From Folioceros fuciformis (Eukaryota), in assembly GCA_049999805.1 (NCBI GenBank), contig JBNGIO010006382.1, forward strand, positions 158,234-222,233: a stretch of 64,000 nucleotides of DNA, written 5' to 3'. The translations under genes were made by a program, and so were the position numbers. Below, piece by piece: positions 25,094 to 39,075 of this stretch. The notes beneath the pieces were generated by a model. That model was given only the letters and a program-made list of their open reading frames with translations, was not told where the DNA came from and ran no database searches. Within the stretch, counting starts at the first letter, position 1. Each line of letters opens with the position of its first letter.

Positions 25094-26507
25094 CGGGTCC
25101 GTTGACCTCATAAGATTGTTCCGTTGTTTCAACTCTTCCTCCCATTACTCAACCTCTCGTCTCTTCTTTTATAGAAGTCGCTTACGCAGATCCTGGACCC
25201 ATCTTCGGGGTGAAAATCCCCTGCACAATGCGGAAGCCGTAGTCCTCGCACCTTTTTGCGATGCTGGCTGAGTTTCATTTGTGGTCTGCCCTCATCAGAT
25301 TCCATTATGATTTATCCACCTTGAAGTGGTCCAGCACACGATCGGAGTAGCGTGTGTCATAAGAACAAGGATTCCGTACCCATAAACCGATAAGGAAATT
25401 AATGAATAAATGATCCACTCTTTTTGTCTTTCTTTTTTTCAGAGAATTGAGCACATTTTGATGTTAACCCTAGTGTCATTGAGTGAGATTAGAACATGAT
25501 ATGTTCAAAAGAAGCTTATAGCACAGCTTACAATAATCAGCATCCTAGTGCGGGAATGCATTGCACTCCATCCTGATACTCAATACTGGTGTGCTTAACT
25601 TGCACCGAAGAAGCAGTTCCAACCTATGAACTTCTTACCTTTAAGTTGACAACACCTTGATAGTATCAACAACTAAATGTTATACTAGAGTACGAAAGGG
25701 CCTGAGCTTTGTGACCTTGTCACGCATTGTACAACCTTGACAGTGTAAGCCAACAAATGTTATTCTAGAGTACAGGAGCAGGAGCACCAAGCCCAACGAA
25801 GCTGTTGTGCATTGTACAACAAGAAATGAAGAGGATGGTTTGTTTCTCTTCATAGCAGCGGCTAGGGCTGAAAGATTGGCACACATCTAAAATAAAGGTG
25901 TACAATCCAATGAGTGTTGCAAAAGGCCATATCAATACCTGAAGCAGATGCCATCCCAAACACTTTCAATGTAAATACATCCAACTCTTGGAAAAGATGT
26001 CCGTATCGTGTTCTTGGACGAATTGCCAAGGATATAAGCAGAAGTGGAGGAGGAGCTACTAAGAACACTAAGCAGAAACAACACTTATGCGGAAAAGACC
26101 GGCCAGAGAAGCTAAACAACTTGGAGAATGGTTAACCTCATTCATTTATTGGATGAAAATGACTTACACGTTTCTTTTGATAGAAAGATACCTTGAGAGA
26201 GATTTTTAAAATCATATTTTTAAGAATGTAAAAGATTAAAATATATAAAGTAAAAAAAGATATTAGTAATCAAATGTTTATTTGTTTAAATCAAAATCTA
26301 AAATAATTTTATGATTATCGCTGCTTATAAACCTGGATGGAGATCAAGATGGGAAAGTGTGAGTAGGTCAAGAGGAAATGAGAAAAGTGGGAGAGTCCCA
26401 GGGTTTGAATGGCAAGCTTTGTCCCGGTACGGAAATGCCAAAAATGAGATGCATATAATATATACATACGGGGGGTGTTTTGTGCCGCATGGCCTAAGTG
26501 CGACGAC

Positions 26508-26547
26508 GGGCTGGGCTGGGCTGGGCTGGGCTGGGCTGGGCTGGGCT
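26508..26547. repeat. (GGGCT)8 array upstream of the GYF gene; site II-like (TGGGCY) and G-quadruplex-capable
   Basis: Eight perfect pentamers. Confidence 0.9.
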
Positions 26548-26888
26548 GCCTGACTCAAAATTGAAGCGTAGCTACCCGCATACAGACCTAGCAGCAGTTG
26601 TAGATGTATGTATGTATGTATGTATGGATGTATTGATGTATGTATTTGTTCTAGTCCCGAGTGTGAAGGCAGAAGGCAAAACCCCGTTCCAAAAGGCAAA
26701 ACCCCCTCTCTGCTTGCTTCCTTGCTCAGGTGCTCACAGGACTCATTCCGCTCACGCCTTTGCTCGCTTGCTCTCTGCGCCGCCGCCTCTGGGCTTGTGC
26801 TCTGCCGAAGCCGCACGCCGGGCTCGCCCGCCCTCTGCTCGCGACGTCGTTGGCTGCAACCTGGGCGCCCCCACTGCTGCTCTGATCG

Positions 26889-26988
26889 NNNNNNNNNNNN
26901 NNNNNNNNNNNNNNNNNNNNNNNNNNNNNNNNNNNNNNNNNNNNNNNNNNNNNNNNNNNNNNNNNNNNNNNNNNNNNNNNNNNNNNNN
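26889..26988. other. Assembly gap (100 N); may hide the GYF start codon
   Basis: Run of N; an open frame resumes directly after it. Confidence 1.
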
Positions 26989-29900
26989 GTTGCCGGCAGA
27001 TCGTCCAATCTCATGCTGGGACTCGCTGATCCCGACATGAAAGGTTTGCTACCACCTACCCTCCGCCTCTGCATGCTCACAGTCTGGAAGCACGGGTTTC
27101 TGCTGGTGCGGGATGGTCTGTCTCCTCGTCGGCTCGGCGGTAGGGCTCCCTCTCTGTCCGCGGCTCACTTTGTGTTTTTTTTGTTTTGTTTTTTGGCTGT
27201 CTGGCTTGTGTCTTAGAATTTGCTGCAACGGAGAACTTGTTACCGCTTTCACCGCAATGGCTCACGTCGAAGCCTGGGGAGGGGAAGCCGGCAGGAGTGG
27301 CGGGGGTATGCCTCTTTCTCTTCTTCTTCCTCCCTGGGAGGGGAGTGCACTACGGTGTTGCTTCCTTGTGTGGATCTGAAGGGTGAAGCTGGACTCGCCC
27401 GACTGTGTTTTGTGCTAATAGCGAATGAATGTGCAGGATAACCTCCGGGCACCTAGCACTCCCGGGCATGGAGGGAACGGGGACGGGATGGGGAAGGAGC
27501 GCTGGCGTGGCGGCGACGGCAACCGGGATGGGAAGCGGGATCGGGACTGGTGGCGCTCCATGTCCTTGGAGCGGGATCGGGAGGTGGACAACTCGCGACG
27601 GGATCGGTGGCGGGAGGAGGAGAGGGAAAACAGTGCCGTGGCGCGGCGGGACCGCTGGAAGGAGGGAGAAAGAGACGGCGGGGACGCAAGAAGGTGGGCC
27701 GACAACGGCCCGGGCAGGGATTCCCTGGACAACAGGCGCCCTCCCGCCGCGCCGGATCGTTGGACCACTGACGTCTCCAACCGGGACGCTCCTTTTGAGG
27801 CCCGGAGAGACAGCAAGTGGAGCAATCGCTGGGGGCCGGAGGAGAAAGATAGGAGGGAGAAATGGACCGACCCGGAGAAGGAGGCAGAGGGCCATCGTGA
27901 CAGACATGTGCCGCCTCCCCCTGTTACTACTAGGGATAGCGAGCAGGATGCTGGCGTTCGAGATCGTGCTTGGAGGCCTTCGTTTGCCAGTAGGGGCCGT
28001 GGGGAAGCTCCGCCTCCGGGGACCACTGCGCCGAAGTTTGCACCGGGCTTTGGGGTTGGTAGGGGTCGGGGTGATGGGAATTCTGTAGGGTTTGCAGCTG
28101 GCCGGGGCCGTGCTAATTTCACTGCCACTGGCCTGCTTCACGGACCTCCGACTCCTGGGATTGGAGCCCCCTCTGGTGTAGATAGGTGGGACATGGGGCA
28201 GGGAAGAGTAGCTTCTCTTCAGGATGGCACCTTCAGGTATCCGAGGGCCAAGTTGCTTGACATCTATCGGAAGACAGTCATCCTGCCCTCTTTTGCCAAA
28301 TATCCCGATGGTTTTGTGGAGGTTCCTCAGCTCGTGCAGGCAGAGCCATTGGTGCCGCTGGCGTTTCAGGCCCCCGAGTCAGAGGAGGAGGTAATGCACT
28401 TGGTTGTGTATTCTTGTTTCCACTATCTTGGTTGAGCTTTGGACCAGATGTATGGGTTCCTTAGGAGGAGGTCTGCCCTCATTTTGGGATTTCTGTGTCC
28501 AGGCTGTTCTTGAAGCTATTCGGAAAGGGGAAGTTGTAAGTAGTGGAGCTGTACATAAAGATTTAGCAATCAACAGAACTCGTGAAGAGGCCGCTGGACG
28601 CGGAAGAGGTCGCGGTCGAGTGACTGGTAAGCTTATGGTCTTCATTGTCGCCTTTCCTCTACGTTGTCCTAGTAATCCATCTTGTCAGTTGTTCAGATGT
28701 CAGCGTGTCCATGTTGTTAGTTGTTTAGACGTCAGCATGTCCCTCTCGTCAGTTGTTTAGATGCCAGGTAATCTGCCATATATATATATATATATAAACA
28801 TATAGATATGACTGCATGGTTCCACGGTGGAGGGCTTTTTTGACAGCTCAGTCTGACAATTTTTTGCACTATAGGATCAAAAGACGACAATGGGGCGGAT
28901 GGCATTCTGGAAGCTGGTAATGTTGATACCAATGACCTCAGGGGAGAGAATCATCCCTCAGAGAAAGTATCCGATGGGCACTCTGCAGATACTGAAGTGG
29001 GGGATGGGTGGGAGGTTTTGTCTGGCCCAGATGTCAATTCAGAATCAGAAGGTAATACTGATTGCTTAGTGACAATGCCTGCGAGTGATGCTTTGCCCTA
29101 GACCTTTCATTGTTGCCATCTCTGCACCTAACGTTTCTGCTGCGGAAAGGTGGAAAAGATGATACCACGTGGAGGCGAGCTCGAGGTGGAGATGAAGGAG
29201 CAGGGGCTTTTCCACGAGATGACCAAAATTGGAGGCGTGAGACTGCTGGTCGCAGTGATGGGGTCTGGCGGCGAGGTAGGAACACAGAAGACTCTGGGGC
29301 CACTGCAAAAGATGAGAAAGGTTGGAGAATGGATCGGGTGAACCCTGATCGTGAGGAGCGTGTCTGGCGGAGAGGTGATGAGGATGCGAAGGAAGAAAGA
29401 AAGGCAGAAAGCCTTCCCAAAGTGGACGAGAAGGAGCCTAGAGCTGTGGAAGGTCCTCATCCACTACAGGACTCTCCAAATTGGCATGAGGAGGTTCTGG
29501 CTGAAGCTGCTGAAAACTCAGCGGAATCATTGGAAGCAAAGTGGCGAGACATAAGTCCGAACAAGTTGGCTACAGGTCTTCATGAGACAGCAAGTGGGAG
29601 TGTGGCTGATGGGCCTGATGGACCAGATCTCATCGAAGAATCCTCTCAGGATGTTCCACCAGAAAGGTTACTTCTGTACTATTCTGATCCTCAGGGTGAT
29701 CTTCAAGGGCCATTTACAGGTCTGGACATAATCAGCTGGTTCGAGGCTGGCTTTTTTTCGACAGACCTCCCTGTAAAAATTGCAGGTTCACCAGATGCAC
29801 ACCCTTTTGTGCCATTGGGTAGTGTGATGCCACACTTGAAACCGAAAGCCAGAGTGCCTCCTGGCTTTGATTCATTGAAGCTTGGAGAGGAACAAGCGGA

Positions 29901-32900
29901 CCAAAGCAAGGCAGAAACAGACGCTCTTGCCAGTAGCTTTGCAAGGAATGTGGGCATGTCCTCGAATGAAGCAGAGCAAGGGGCAAACTTGAACAGGGGT
30001 CAACCACCTTTTTCAAAGCTGGATATGGCAGGCAATTTTGATGCAGCTTCTCACAGCCTCTTCGGGGGTAACCTTGAGGGGAGCAGCAAGGAGCACTCAG
30101 GTTGTTGTATGTCCTTGCATTGTAGGTTTTTTTATTTTTTTCGTAGATTCATCTGCATTTTATTAACATATTCTCGTTTGCTGGCATTGCAGATGCATCG
30201 CTGGACAAATTCTTTAGTCGAGGAGCCAATGGCAGTGCTGTGAAAGCCGAAGGTGGCTTGGACCGGACATTTTCTGCAAGGCGGGCGATGTCTAGTTTTC
30301 CTGGCGTTGAGTCTGAAGATGCAGAGGGATCCAGACTTCATTTGCCAAACTTGCCCAACTTTCTAGCCTGGCCGGCCCGTGATATTGATCCAAACTCATT
30401 ACCCGGGATGGTTGCATCAAATCTCCCAATGCCCCCTTCTCCTGCACGGCAGCTGGACCGTGGTCCTTTCTTGCAAGCGCCAGCTGGTCCCCAGGATAGG
30501 GGTTGGCCTGATATGATGCGTTCTCTGTCATCTGAGATACGGGCGCACAATGGTCTGCATCAATCCGATCCTGGTCAATTACATCACTTGGAGCAGCTTG
30601 AGAACTTGCAGCGGCTTGGACATCTTCAAGGTCCTCCACGCCACATGGGACCACAGCAGCAGCAGCATCAACCAGTTCCTGTGCCGCAGGTACTGGGGTC
30701 CCAAAACCTTGCACCTCCGGGTGGACCCCTCCTGGATCAGCTTCTGCGCCCTTCTGTGAGCATAATGCAGCAGCAGCAGCAACTGCCTCTGCAGATGCCT
30801 CCTGTACCAGGGCTGGATCATCTTCTAAGAATTCAGCAGCAGCAGCAGCAGCAGCAGCAACTGCCACATCAGGCTTTACTGGAGCAGATTTTGAGACAGC
30901 AGCATCATGTGCCTCCATACGATCATGGTGCCCGCCATCTTCCTGGTTCTGTGGGCACAAGCCTTGCTGATCAGCTTGTTTCGCGACAGCCGCAGGATGG
31001 GATGCACATGGATCCTCAGCCTCAGCAGCGTCACCCTCTGTTACCTAGAGGTGGTTCGCTGGACCAGCTTTTCCAAGCAAGGCATGCACCAAACCCAAGT
31101 TTCGAGCAGCTCCTGCTCCATCGCCAGCAGGAGGATCAGATTCCTCCCAGGCACCTGGGTTTGCCGGTGCAAGCAAGGCCAAGTCTGGATGAGATGCGTA
31201 TAAGCGGAGTCTGGGAGGTGGACGAGTATGGTCAGTTTGTACGTACGCAAGCTCCTGCGACGGGCCCACCAGCAGGTCCAATACCTATGCATCATTTTGA
31301 CCTTCAACACCAGCAGCTGCGTATCCAGCCGCCACAGACCTACGCACAGTTGCAAGCACCCCTACACACGGAATCACCTGCAGGTTTTGCATATGAGAAA
31401 GGCCAACATCAGGATAAGCCTCTTGATGGTCGAGCCTCCTCAAGTCTCTTCGATCCTAACTTGTTAAGCTTGGAGAGGAGTCTGTCTGCCATCACAGGTA
31501 ACACGAGGACGGAGGGACCAGCAGACCTGCTTGCTCGTTATCAGGAGCACCGAATGAGGCTGCAAAAGCAGAATAGTCTGCCATTTACAGAGGCTAGATC
31601 TTTTCAACCAGAGATGGACAGGTATCTCAACCCGCCATACCAGCTCCAGTCGCAGGAAAATAACTTAGATGCTTCAGGAAGAGCGTGGGCGGGCCCTGCT
31701 GTGGATCCCAGTGAAAGGAGGTCTGGACAGAATCAGGAGGACTATGCTAAGACCCTGGGCCAAAATGGAGAACAGTTGCACGTTGTGGCCTCTTCTGACA
31801 TGGGGAATACCTCTGATCAACGTGGGAAACATAAGTCCATATCCAGGCTTAGTAACTGGGATGCGGTGGCGGGAGTAGACTCGTCAAAGGGCATTTCTGA
31901 TCCCCGTCCACTTCCTGAGTTGCTTGTAAGTCACAATTGGAGGGGAGATACCGAGTTTGCACCCCAGGATCAAAATCTGACGGGTTTGTCTCAAGAGCAG
32001 ACACCTATCCTTCCAACTCCAGCTGCTCTTGGAGGTCGCCATCAGTCTGTGTCTGGCCCGTCGGGTGCCAGTGTTGGAGAGCAGCAGCATGATATAGGTT
32101 TGGGTGGTGGTTGGTCTTTGGGATTCCCTTCTGAACCTATATCTTCTCCAAGTGTGGCTGCTTCTACGCAGGCTCCTGCCCAGCAACCTGGCTGGAGGCC
32201 TTCCCCTTCACCAAAACCCAAATCTTTGATGGAGATTCAGCAGGAGGAAGCAGAGCGAAGGAAAGCAGAGGAAAAGGCTGAAGCAGAGGTGGCTGCCAGA
32301 GCTGCTGCGAACCACGCTGCAACCTCTGCTGCCCTTGGTGCTTGGGCATCACCAACAAACCTCTCACATACAAAGTCCTTAAGAGAAATCCAGGAGGAAG
32401 AGACTCGCAGAGCTGGCGTATCAGTGCAATCCAGTGCCAATTCTACTCCATCGTTTGGTACAACGTTGAAGCAGGAGCTGAGTTGGCCGGAGACCCATGC
32501 GGAGGATGTGGTGACCAAAAAACCTGCTGAAAGTGTATCACACCCTCCAGCATTTGAACAGCCAAGTGGTTCCGAACCTGTACCAATAACGTTTGTACAA
32601 CTTTCTGGAAGTGGTGATGATGGGGAATTTTTGGAACCCAAGGAGGCCAAGAAGAACAAGAAACGGGCGTCCAAGGTGAAGGGTTCTGCAAAGACAGCCG
32701 TAGGTGTTATTGAAGCTTCTCAGCAGGTGCTGGCCAGCAAGACATCTGGGTCCAGGCAAGTTTTGCAAGATCTTGGGAAAGATATAGTTCCGCCAACTCC
32801 TGCTAATCCTTCATTGGCTGATTTCATTCTATCGAGGGAAGAAAGTACTGCAAGTCAGGTACCTGCATGGTCAACAGATGCTAACAAGCAAGCAAAACCA

Positions 32901-34424
32901 GCTAAGTCACTCAAGGAGATTCAAGAGGCAGAAAAGCGTGCAAGAGAGGAGCAGGAGAGGCAGATGCGACTAGCTGCACAGATCCAGGCATCTGCTGTTG
33001 CTGTAGCTGGACCTAAACCTCTGGTCACTCGCAGCTCAAGTGGGGGTGCTTCAGCATGGCAGCGCCCTTCTGTAACCTCTCCTCAACATCCTGGTTCTGC
33101 TCAGAACAGTGTTGCTCATGCCACAGGGCCAGTGACTCCGGGGTTGTCTACTTCCAGGTCCAAGACAGGAGTATTTGAGGATGATGATGAAATGTTTTGG
33201 GACTACAGTGATAGTGCTCCTGTGTTGGTTTCGGCTGTCAAGGCGGCATCCAAGGCCGAAAGGTAGTCTGTGGTTCATGTTGAACCAATCTAATCAGTGC
33301 AATCTAAGTGCCCATGCTTCATTGCCATGGGCTGGGCACACGTAATGATACTGGTTACAGATGAGAAGTATTCATCAATCGCTGACATTGTGGCATCTGT
33401 GCAGAGGTGATTTTCCGTCTCTCTCTAGCAGGCCGAGCTTGCGCGTGATCCCTACCAAGGTCCCTTCATCTGTGAACGTCGCATTTCGCCAAGCAGCAGT
33501 TGGAGCACCTTCTCCTCGAGCAAGTTCTGCTGATTTTCCTTCCTTATCAGTTACGTCTTCGACAGCTGTGAAGTCAGCATCTGCCAAAGTGAAAAAGCAG
33601 CTTTCCACAAAGAGAGGAGCTGAAGGTCTCTGTTGTGTTCCGCTGGGAGTTGGTTATGCTAGAACTGTTTTAAATGCTGTAAAAATCTTAGGTTTCCTGA
33701 CATGTGAGCAAATGTATGTAATCGTTCTGCAGATGGCATCCCGCATTCTCCCTCATCAGTGATGGAGGGCAGAGCTTTCCGGCAATGGTGTGAATCTAGC
33801 TATAAGAAGCTCACGGGCCAGGATGGTATGCTTCCAATCCAAGCATGAGCATAAGTATTTCGTGAGATTGGGATGGTTTTTTTGTAGAGCTATGTCGAGG
33901 ATGCCGTCTGTGTGGTTAGATGGCTGGCTTGTTGCTGTTTTCTCACCACCTTTCCCCCTTCGTGGAATTTTTAACGCATGGCAGATGTCACACTGATGGG
34001 GTTCTGTACAAACCTTAGCACGGTTGAGGAGGCAGGGAACTATCTTGATGAGTATCTGAAAGTGTACCCACGGGCTGAAGTGCAACAATTCAAGTCTGAG
34101 TTTTTGCGGCGAAAAGAGCTCATTTCCCCTGAAGGATTGTTGGCCGCATTTCCGCCAAGTGAGGCTGTGATAAGGGATGATGTGGAGTTCATTATCAAAA
34201 GCAATGGGAAGAAAGGAGAAGCGAAAAAGGGTGGCAATGTGGTGGAGAGAGCGAGAGAAGATGACAACGGCTCAGAACCTGAAAGCAATGTAGGTGGAGG
34301 GGTTAAATCAGCAAACAAAAAAAAATCTAAAAAGGGAAAGAAGGTGGTGGATCCAACTCTGCTTGGCTTCAGTGTACACAGTAGCCGCATTATGATGGGA
34401 GAAATACACCACATCGAAGACTAG
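26989..34424 (+). CDS. GYF-domain protein of the EXA1/PSIG1 (plant GIGYF-like) type; 5' end uncertain
   Basis: ENLLPLSPQWLTSKPGE exon (about 27217-27305), RRDRWREEERE, FRYPRAKLLDIY, GYF domain YYSDPQGDLQGPFTGLDIISWFEAGFF, poly-Q, KSLMEIQQEE repeats, C-terminal VDPTLLGFSVHSSRIMMGEIHHIED*. Confidence 0.93.
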
Positions 34425-35152
34425 GTGGACGGAGTGTTATTGACTACGTCCTTCCGTGATGCCGTGTCTTCCTGTACACGGGACTAATGCATATCCGGAG
34501 AGGAAAAGGTTAGCCCACGTCTTCGTCCTGGTCATGATTCCTTCCCCTGGACGTGTCTGCTCGTATGACCTAATCTTATGGCTATGATCTGCGAAAGTGC
34601 AGTGTCTTGAGATGTTGGTGTGGGTTGTGGGCTCTTCGTCAACGACTGATGTAAAGGCGTCTCTATCTCTCTCCGATGGAAGCAGGCTTCCTGATGCAGA
34701 TGAAGCCTCGGAAAGGTGGTGCCGTGGAGGAGCTGTTTCGTGGCATGGGATACCTGGAAAATGGAAGGTCCGGTCCAAACAAGATGACAGTCACGTGTCA
34801 CTGTTTTGTAAAGGATCTTGCTGTTGTGGATGGGTTTCGAGCCTTTCTCTGGCGTCGCCCTCAACACCCCGTAGCAGTTGAAGTAGGCGGCGGTGCGGAT
34901 GCGGGGTTCCCGAATGTATTCTATGTGTTATTGGTAACTGTTGATACTGGTCCCATCGGAAAAGATCTTCGTTGTGGCCTAGCCGGTAGTTGACGCCACA
35001 CCCGAGATTGCGGTGGAAAAAAAAAGGATGCATCAATGTAAAGAAGTCATCACCTCTCGTACAATGACATCAACAAGTCGTGGCCTCGACATCTATTTCG
35101 ATGTCCATGTGTCACCTCTAGCTCCACGATACGGGGGATACGCGATCTCCTC

Positions 35153-35747
35153 CTAAGCCGGAGACCAGGTATCTCCACACTCGTAGCACACGAAATACAG
35201 AACGCTCTCTTTCCCCAGCGGTTTGTACTGCACCAGTCACAGTGTTAGACAGGAACCACCAGCAAGAACAAGGGAAGGTCGTTCAGGGATTTAGAGCTGA
35301 CGTTAAAGAAGCCGGTTTCGACATTGCGGCATCTTTTGCAGCGGATGGACTTGGTCTTAGGCAGAGCTGGTTGTGACTTCACGTCCTGCACAAGATGCAT
35401 GCTCGCTTCTGCTGTGTGATTGATTTCCAGGTGGTATACGATGTTGTTCTCCGCAGGCTCCTGCTCCATGACACCAGAAAGCCCAGACATGTGAGAAAGA
35501 GTGACAAGAGCTTGCGCTATGCATACTCCAAGGATGAGGCTGTGGCGCATCGCACCTGATAGTCGCACCATCGACATGCGTACAGAAGAGTCTTGTTGGT
35601 TCTGTCTGCCTTGGGGTGAAGCATGTTGTTGCTGCAACGTGCAGACACGGCGCTGGTCACAAGTTCGAAAGAAACGAGAGGAACAACAGCAAACACTGGG
35701 AGGAATCGTAGACGTTACCAGTCGCGGCAGAACTTCAAGCTGGTCAT
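35153..35747 (-). CDS. Divergent RNA polymerase ninth subunit (RPB9/NRPB9-like), 112 aa, 4 exons
   Basis: Exons 35747-35719, 35631-35556, 35460-35302 and 35227-35153 give [112 protein letters not shown]. Both Zn ribbons are intact. Confidence 0.9.
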
Positions 35748-38700
35748 TGTCGCAGCCTCTGCTTCGGGAAATACGGCTCGCTGGACTGTGAGTTAGGTTT
35801 TTGCGGAATTAGAGGAAGGTAGAAGCGTACCCGTATCGTCCGATCCTGAATCCGTCCGCTGCAAGGTGCCAGCGCCGTAATTCTCAGCGTCGGTAGCTAA
35901 GCTTTCGGGTAGCTAGAGCTGGTTCCCTAGTCTGAGGGCGGCCATCCCATTCGAGACATGCCCACCGCCAGCAGGAGGGATAGTAGAAAACGAAGCACAT
36001 GGCGACCGGCAGCACATGTGCAAGCCAAACGAGGAAGCAGCCTTCGGGGTAATCTTAGGTGTATGCAAGCAGCCTTGGAATCTGGTTTGCTGGGAATTTT
36101 CGACGTATGAAGGTGAAAACAGTGACAGGCTTCCAGATTTCGACTCTTCGTGGCCAGGGGAAAGAGTGGCTACGTGTCGATGTGGTCTTTGTTGACTAAA
36201 ACTCCACTTACCCACATGTGCAGATTCTGCGAGAAGCAACCCGCTAGCACCTTCACGGAGGTGATTGCAATCTGAAAAGGTCAGTACAGCGGCTCCTTTA
36301 ACAGTAGCAGGTTTTGCGATTACTGCCAAGCTGTACGAGGTGTCTGCAAGATATTTTCTGGTGGGATTGGTGGCCGTTGAATTGAGTTGTCCTTGTCCCC
36401 TTGTGGACTCCTTTTTTCACTTTGAATTCAAAACAATATCAAGGTGTCCCAAACTGCGTTTTGCACATTCCTTCCTGAGCGCGAGCAGACAAGACAGGGA
36501 AGAATGCAGACGAGGATATAAAAAAAACATGAAGATAGGACTGGGTGAGGTGCCAGGTAGGTGTTCAGGCTAAGTTGTTGCAGCCTGTGAAACTTGTATC
36601 ATGTCCACTGAAGGATTGCCGGCAGCACTTGATCCAACGGATTCAGAAGCTTTGCCTATTGATGGTGACTAGTAACAGGTGGCTTTGAAGGTGCAAGAGA
36701 TAGTAAAGGCAGTTAGAAAAGATGATGGTTGAGGCCAGCAGAACAGAAGAGAACAGCACAGGGTGTGGGTGGAGGAGACATGAGAAACGAAGCAGAATGG
36801 CAAGAAAGGAAGGCCTTAACGTGATGGCTCCCAGGGTCGACGGCAGGCGCAGGGTGCAACAACTGTTTGCTCCGGAGCCATGAGAAATGGAGTGGACCAA
36901 GTCTTGCGTTTTGTTGCACAGTGATGGCCCTAGTGGTGATAGAATCAACACAAGAGGCATATATTCTGTGCGCCAAACGGCTCACACCAAAACCGACCGC
37001 ACGACATCTCTACAGTTGTGACCTGTGCAGTAGAAACGTCAGCAGCAGCTGGCAGCGACGGCGTGGGCCGGGCAAGGCGAGAACGTGTGGGGGGTACGTC
37101 ACACAGGACAGAGTGTGTCATCACGGGTTGTGATCCCCCTCGTGCTCCAGAGACAAAAGCTTGGAAGTCGGGGCTGCCTGCCTCCCTTTGCCATGTACGG
37201 ATGTTAACGAGTTCCGTACCAAGATCGTGTGAGTGTTGGATGAAAGACCAGTGGCAGTATTCCGTCCATCACTGTCAGATGTAACGTCACATTTTTACAT
37301 CATCGGGATGTATTCACATGCATCTGATACCTGGCACTGTAGAGGCCGATTGAGCAGCACATCTAAGTGGTACGGCTAATCGGCCACAGGGTTCGGGCCT
37401 CGTTGGAAGAGGAAGGTGGACGTTACGAGCAAGGGCTTGCAAGTGCGTACACTAGGTATGTGTATACCGTATATAGTAGGCCGTTGTCATGAGCAAGTGC
37501 ATGATGTCAGAGGTCAGTGTCCTTGTCTACGCCGTTGCAGAGGGGATGAATGGGGTGGGACGCCTTTCCAGGGCTTGGCAGTCTCGAAGGCGTTTTTAGC
37601 CGAGCACAGCAGGCGCCGGCAGCCCTGAGGGCGTGAGCGTTGGCACGCGGGCGTGGGACCCTTCGTGTTAAAGCATCCATGCTCCAGCGTCCTCCAGTGC
37701 TCCAGGCTCCAGCGTCAGTCGATCGCCAATGCGCTCACTGTCATGGTCACTAGGGAGCCGAGGCTCCAAGTGCACGCTTGCACCGGGCGCTCCTGTTCAG
37801 ATGCAATTTGCAGCACACATGGGGCCACGTGAGCCGTGGTATTGGATGACGGATCTCGTTCATGTGTTAACGGCTGTGAAGGCGGGGGTATGTCTCCAAC
37901 CTCTCCAGGTGACCTCATACAGTATCCCGACTGTGCTGTGCTGATTTTTAGCTGGGGAGGCGGAGGCGGAGACGGAGGCAGAGGCGGAGTCGGAGTCCGA
38001 CCTGGACCTGCGGGTTGGGCCCGCATGTACAACAAAACGGAAAGTCTAGGGAGGCAAGCCGGCTGCCAAGTGGCACTGGACGCTGATGAGAGTTGCGGTG
38101 CTGCGTGCGTACGCAGATCCTGAAATTGAGGGAAGGCCCGCTCGTATATGCTAATCTCAGGTTACAGTGGAGCCGCGGGTACCAGGAAGTTCCTCAAGGA
38201 GGAAAAGGCATGCAAGCGACACAAGTTGCAGTCGGGGCTAGCCTGTCCTGTCTCTTGTTTATCGCAGCATGCCTCGCCCCTGCTATTGCTGCTCCCAGCT
38301 CCTGATATGGTTGCTCCCCGGACCGGAAGTAGAAGTGTGCGGAGCTGCGAATCAGCACTGCAATTTCCTTCCACGATCCCACGCCAGTCTAGGAATCCGC
38401 AATTCTCTTTCCTGTCCGGGACGTATTTTCCTTCGCTGCTCTACGATATATTTATGTATATGTACAGGTGACTTATTTCAAGTGCTGGTAGCGTTCCAGT
38501 GAACGTGGCCCGGGCGGTTGGTTCGCCTCGCAGGTCCTGGGCAGAGCCGATCCTCGAAGCAAATCTGCCAACCTCTCGCACTCTGGGCCTCACGTGTCCG
38601 TGTGCGTGCGTGGGATGCGAGATTGCAGGCGCAAACGCAGATGCGGTGTGCGTGCAGCAGTAAGTTTGCAGCGGGCGGGCTGTGGCACAGAAATAGGTGG

Positions 38701-39075
38701 ACTCCGAGGCTGATGATGTGGTGGTGGTCGTTGCCCGCCTCTTCCCCGCCACACCCGGAGCCTTACGCAAATTTTACCTCCTCATCGCACTGTCGCTGTC
38801 GCTGTGTTGTCGCCTCGCCGTGACGTCGCTGTGGTTGAGGGATATGAAGAGATTTCTGCTGTCCCCGCGCAGCGACCAATAAGCCTGGGCCTGGTCTGGG
38901 CCTGGGCGGCTGCCGCAAGCGCTACCGTAATTGGCACATCCTGCTGTCCCGCTGCCCAACCTTGTCTGTCCTCAGGACTCTGGACCCGCCATGATTGTCG
39001 CTCATCCTTGAAGCCCAAGCCGCCCTCCATTGGCGCGCACAAAAAATGTGACGCCTTCACCTTGCCACCCAACTC

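Noticed and set aside
25680-26135. Short ORFs as a membrane-protein gene or pseudogene
   Set aside because: No recognisable motif or consistent splice structure.
27350-33278. Long antisense or alternative-frame ORFs over the GYF gene and other genes
   Set aside because: Shadow ORFs of GC-rich coding exons with no independent motifs.
35153-35747. RPA12, RPC11 or TFIIS identity
   Set aside because: No QxRSADE acidic hairpin; the N-terminus and linker match RPB9.
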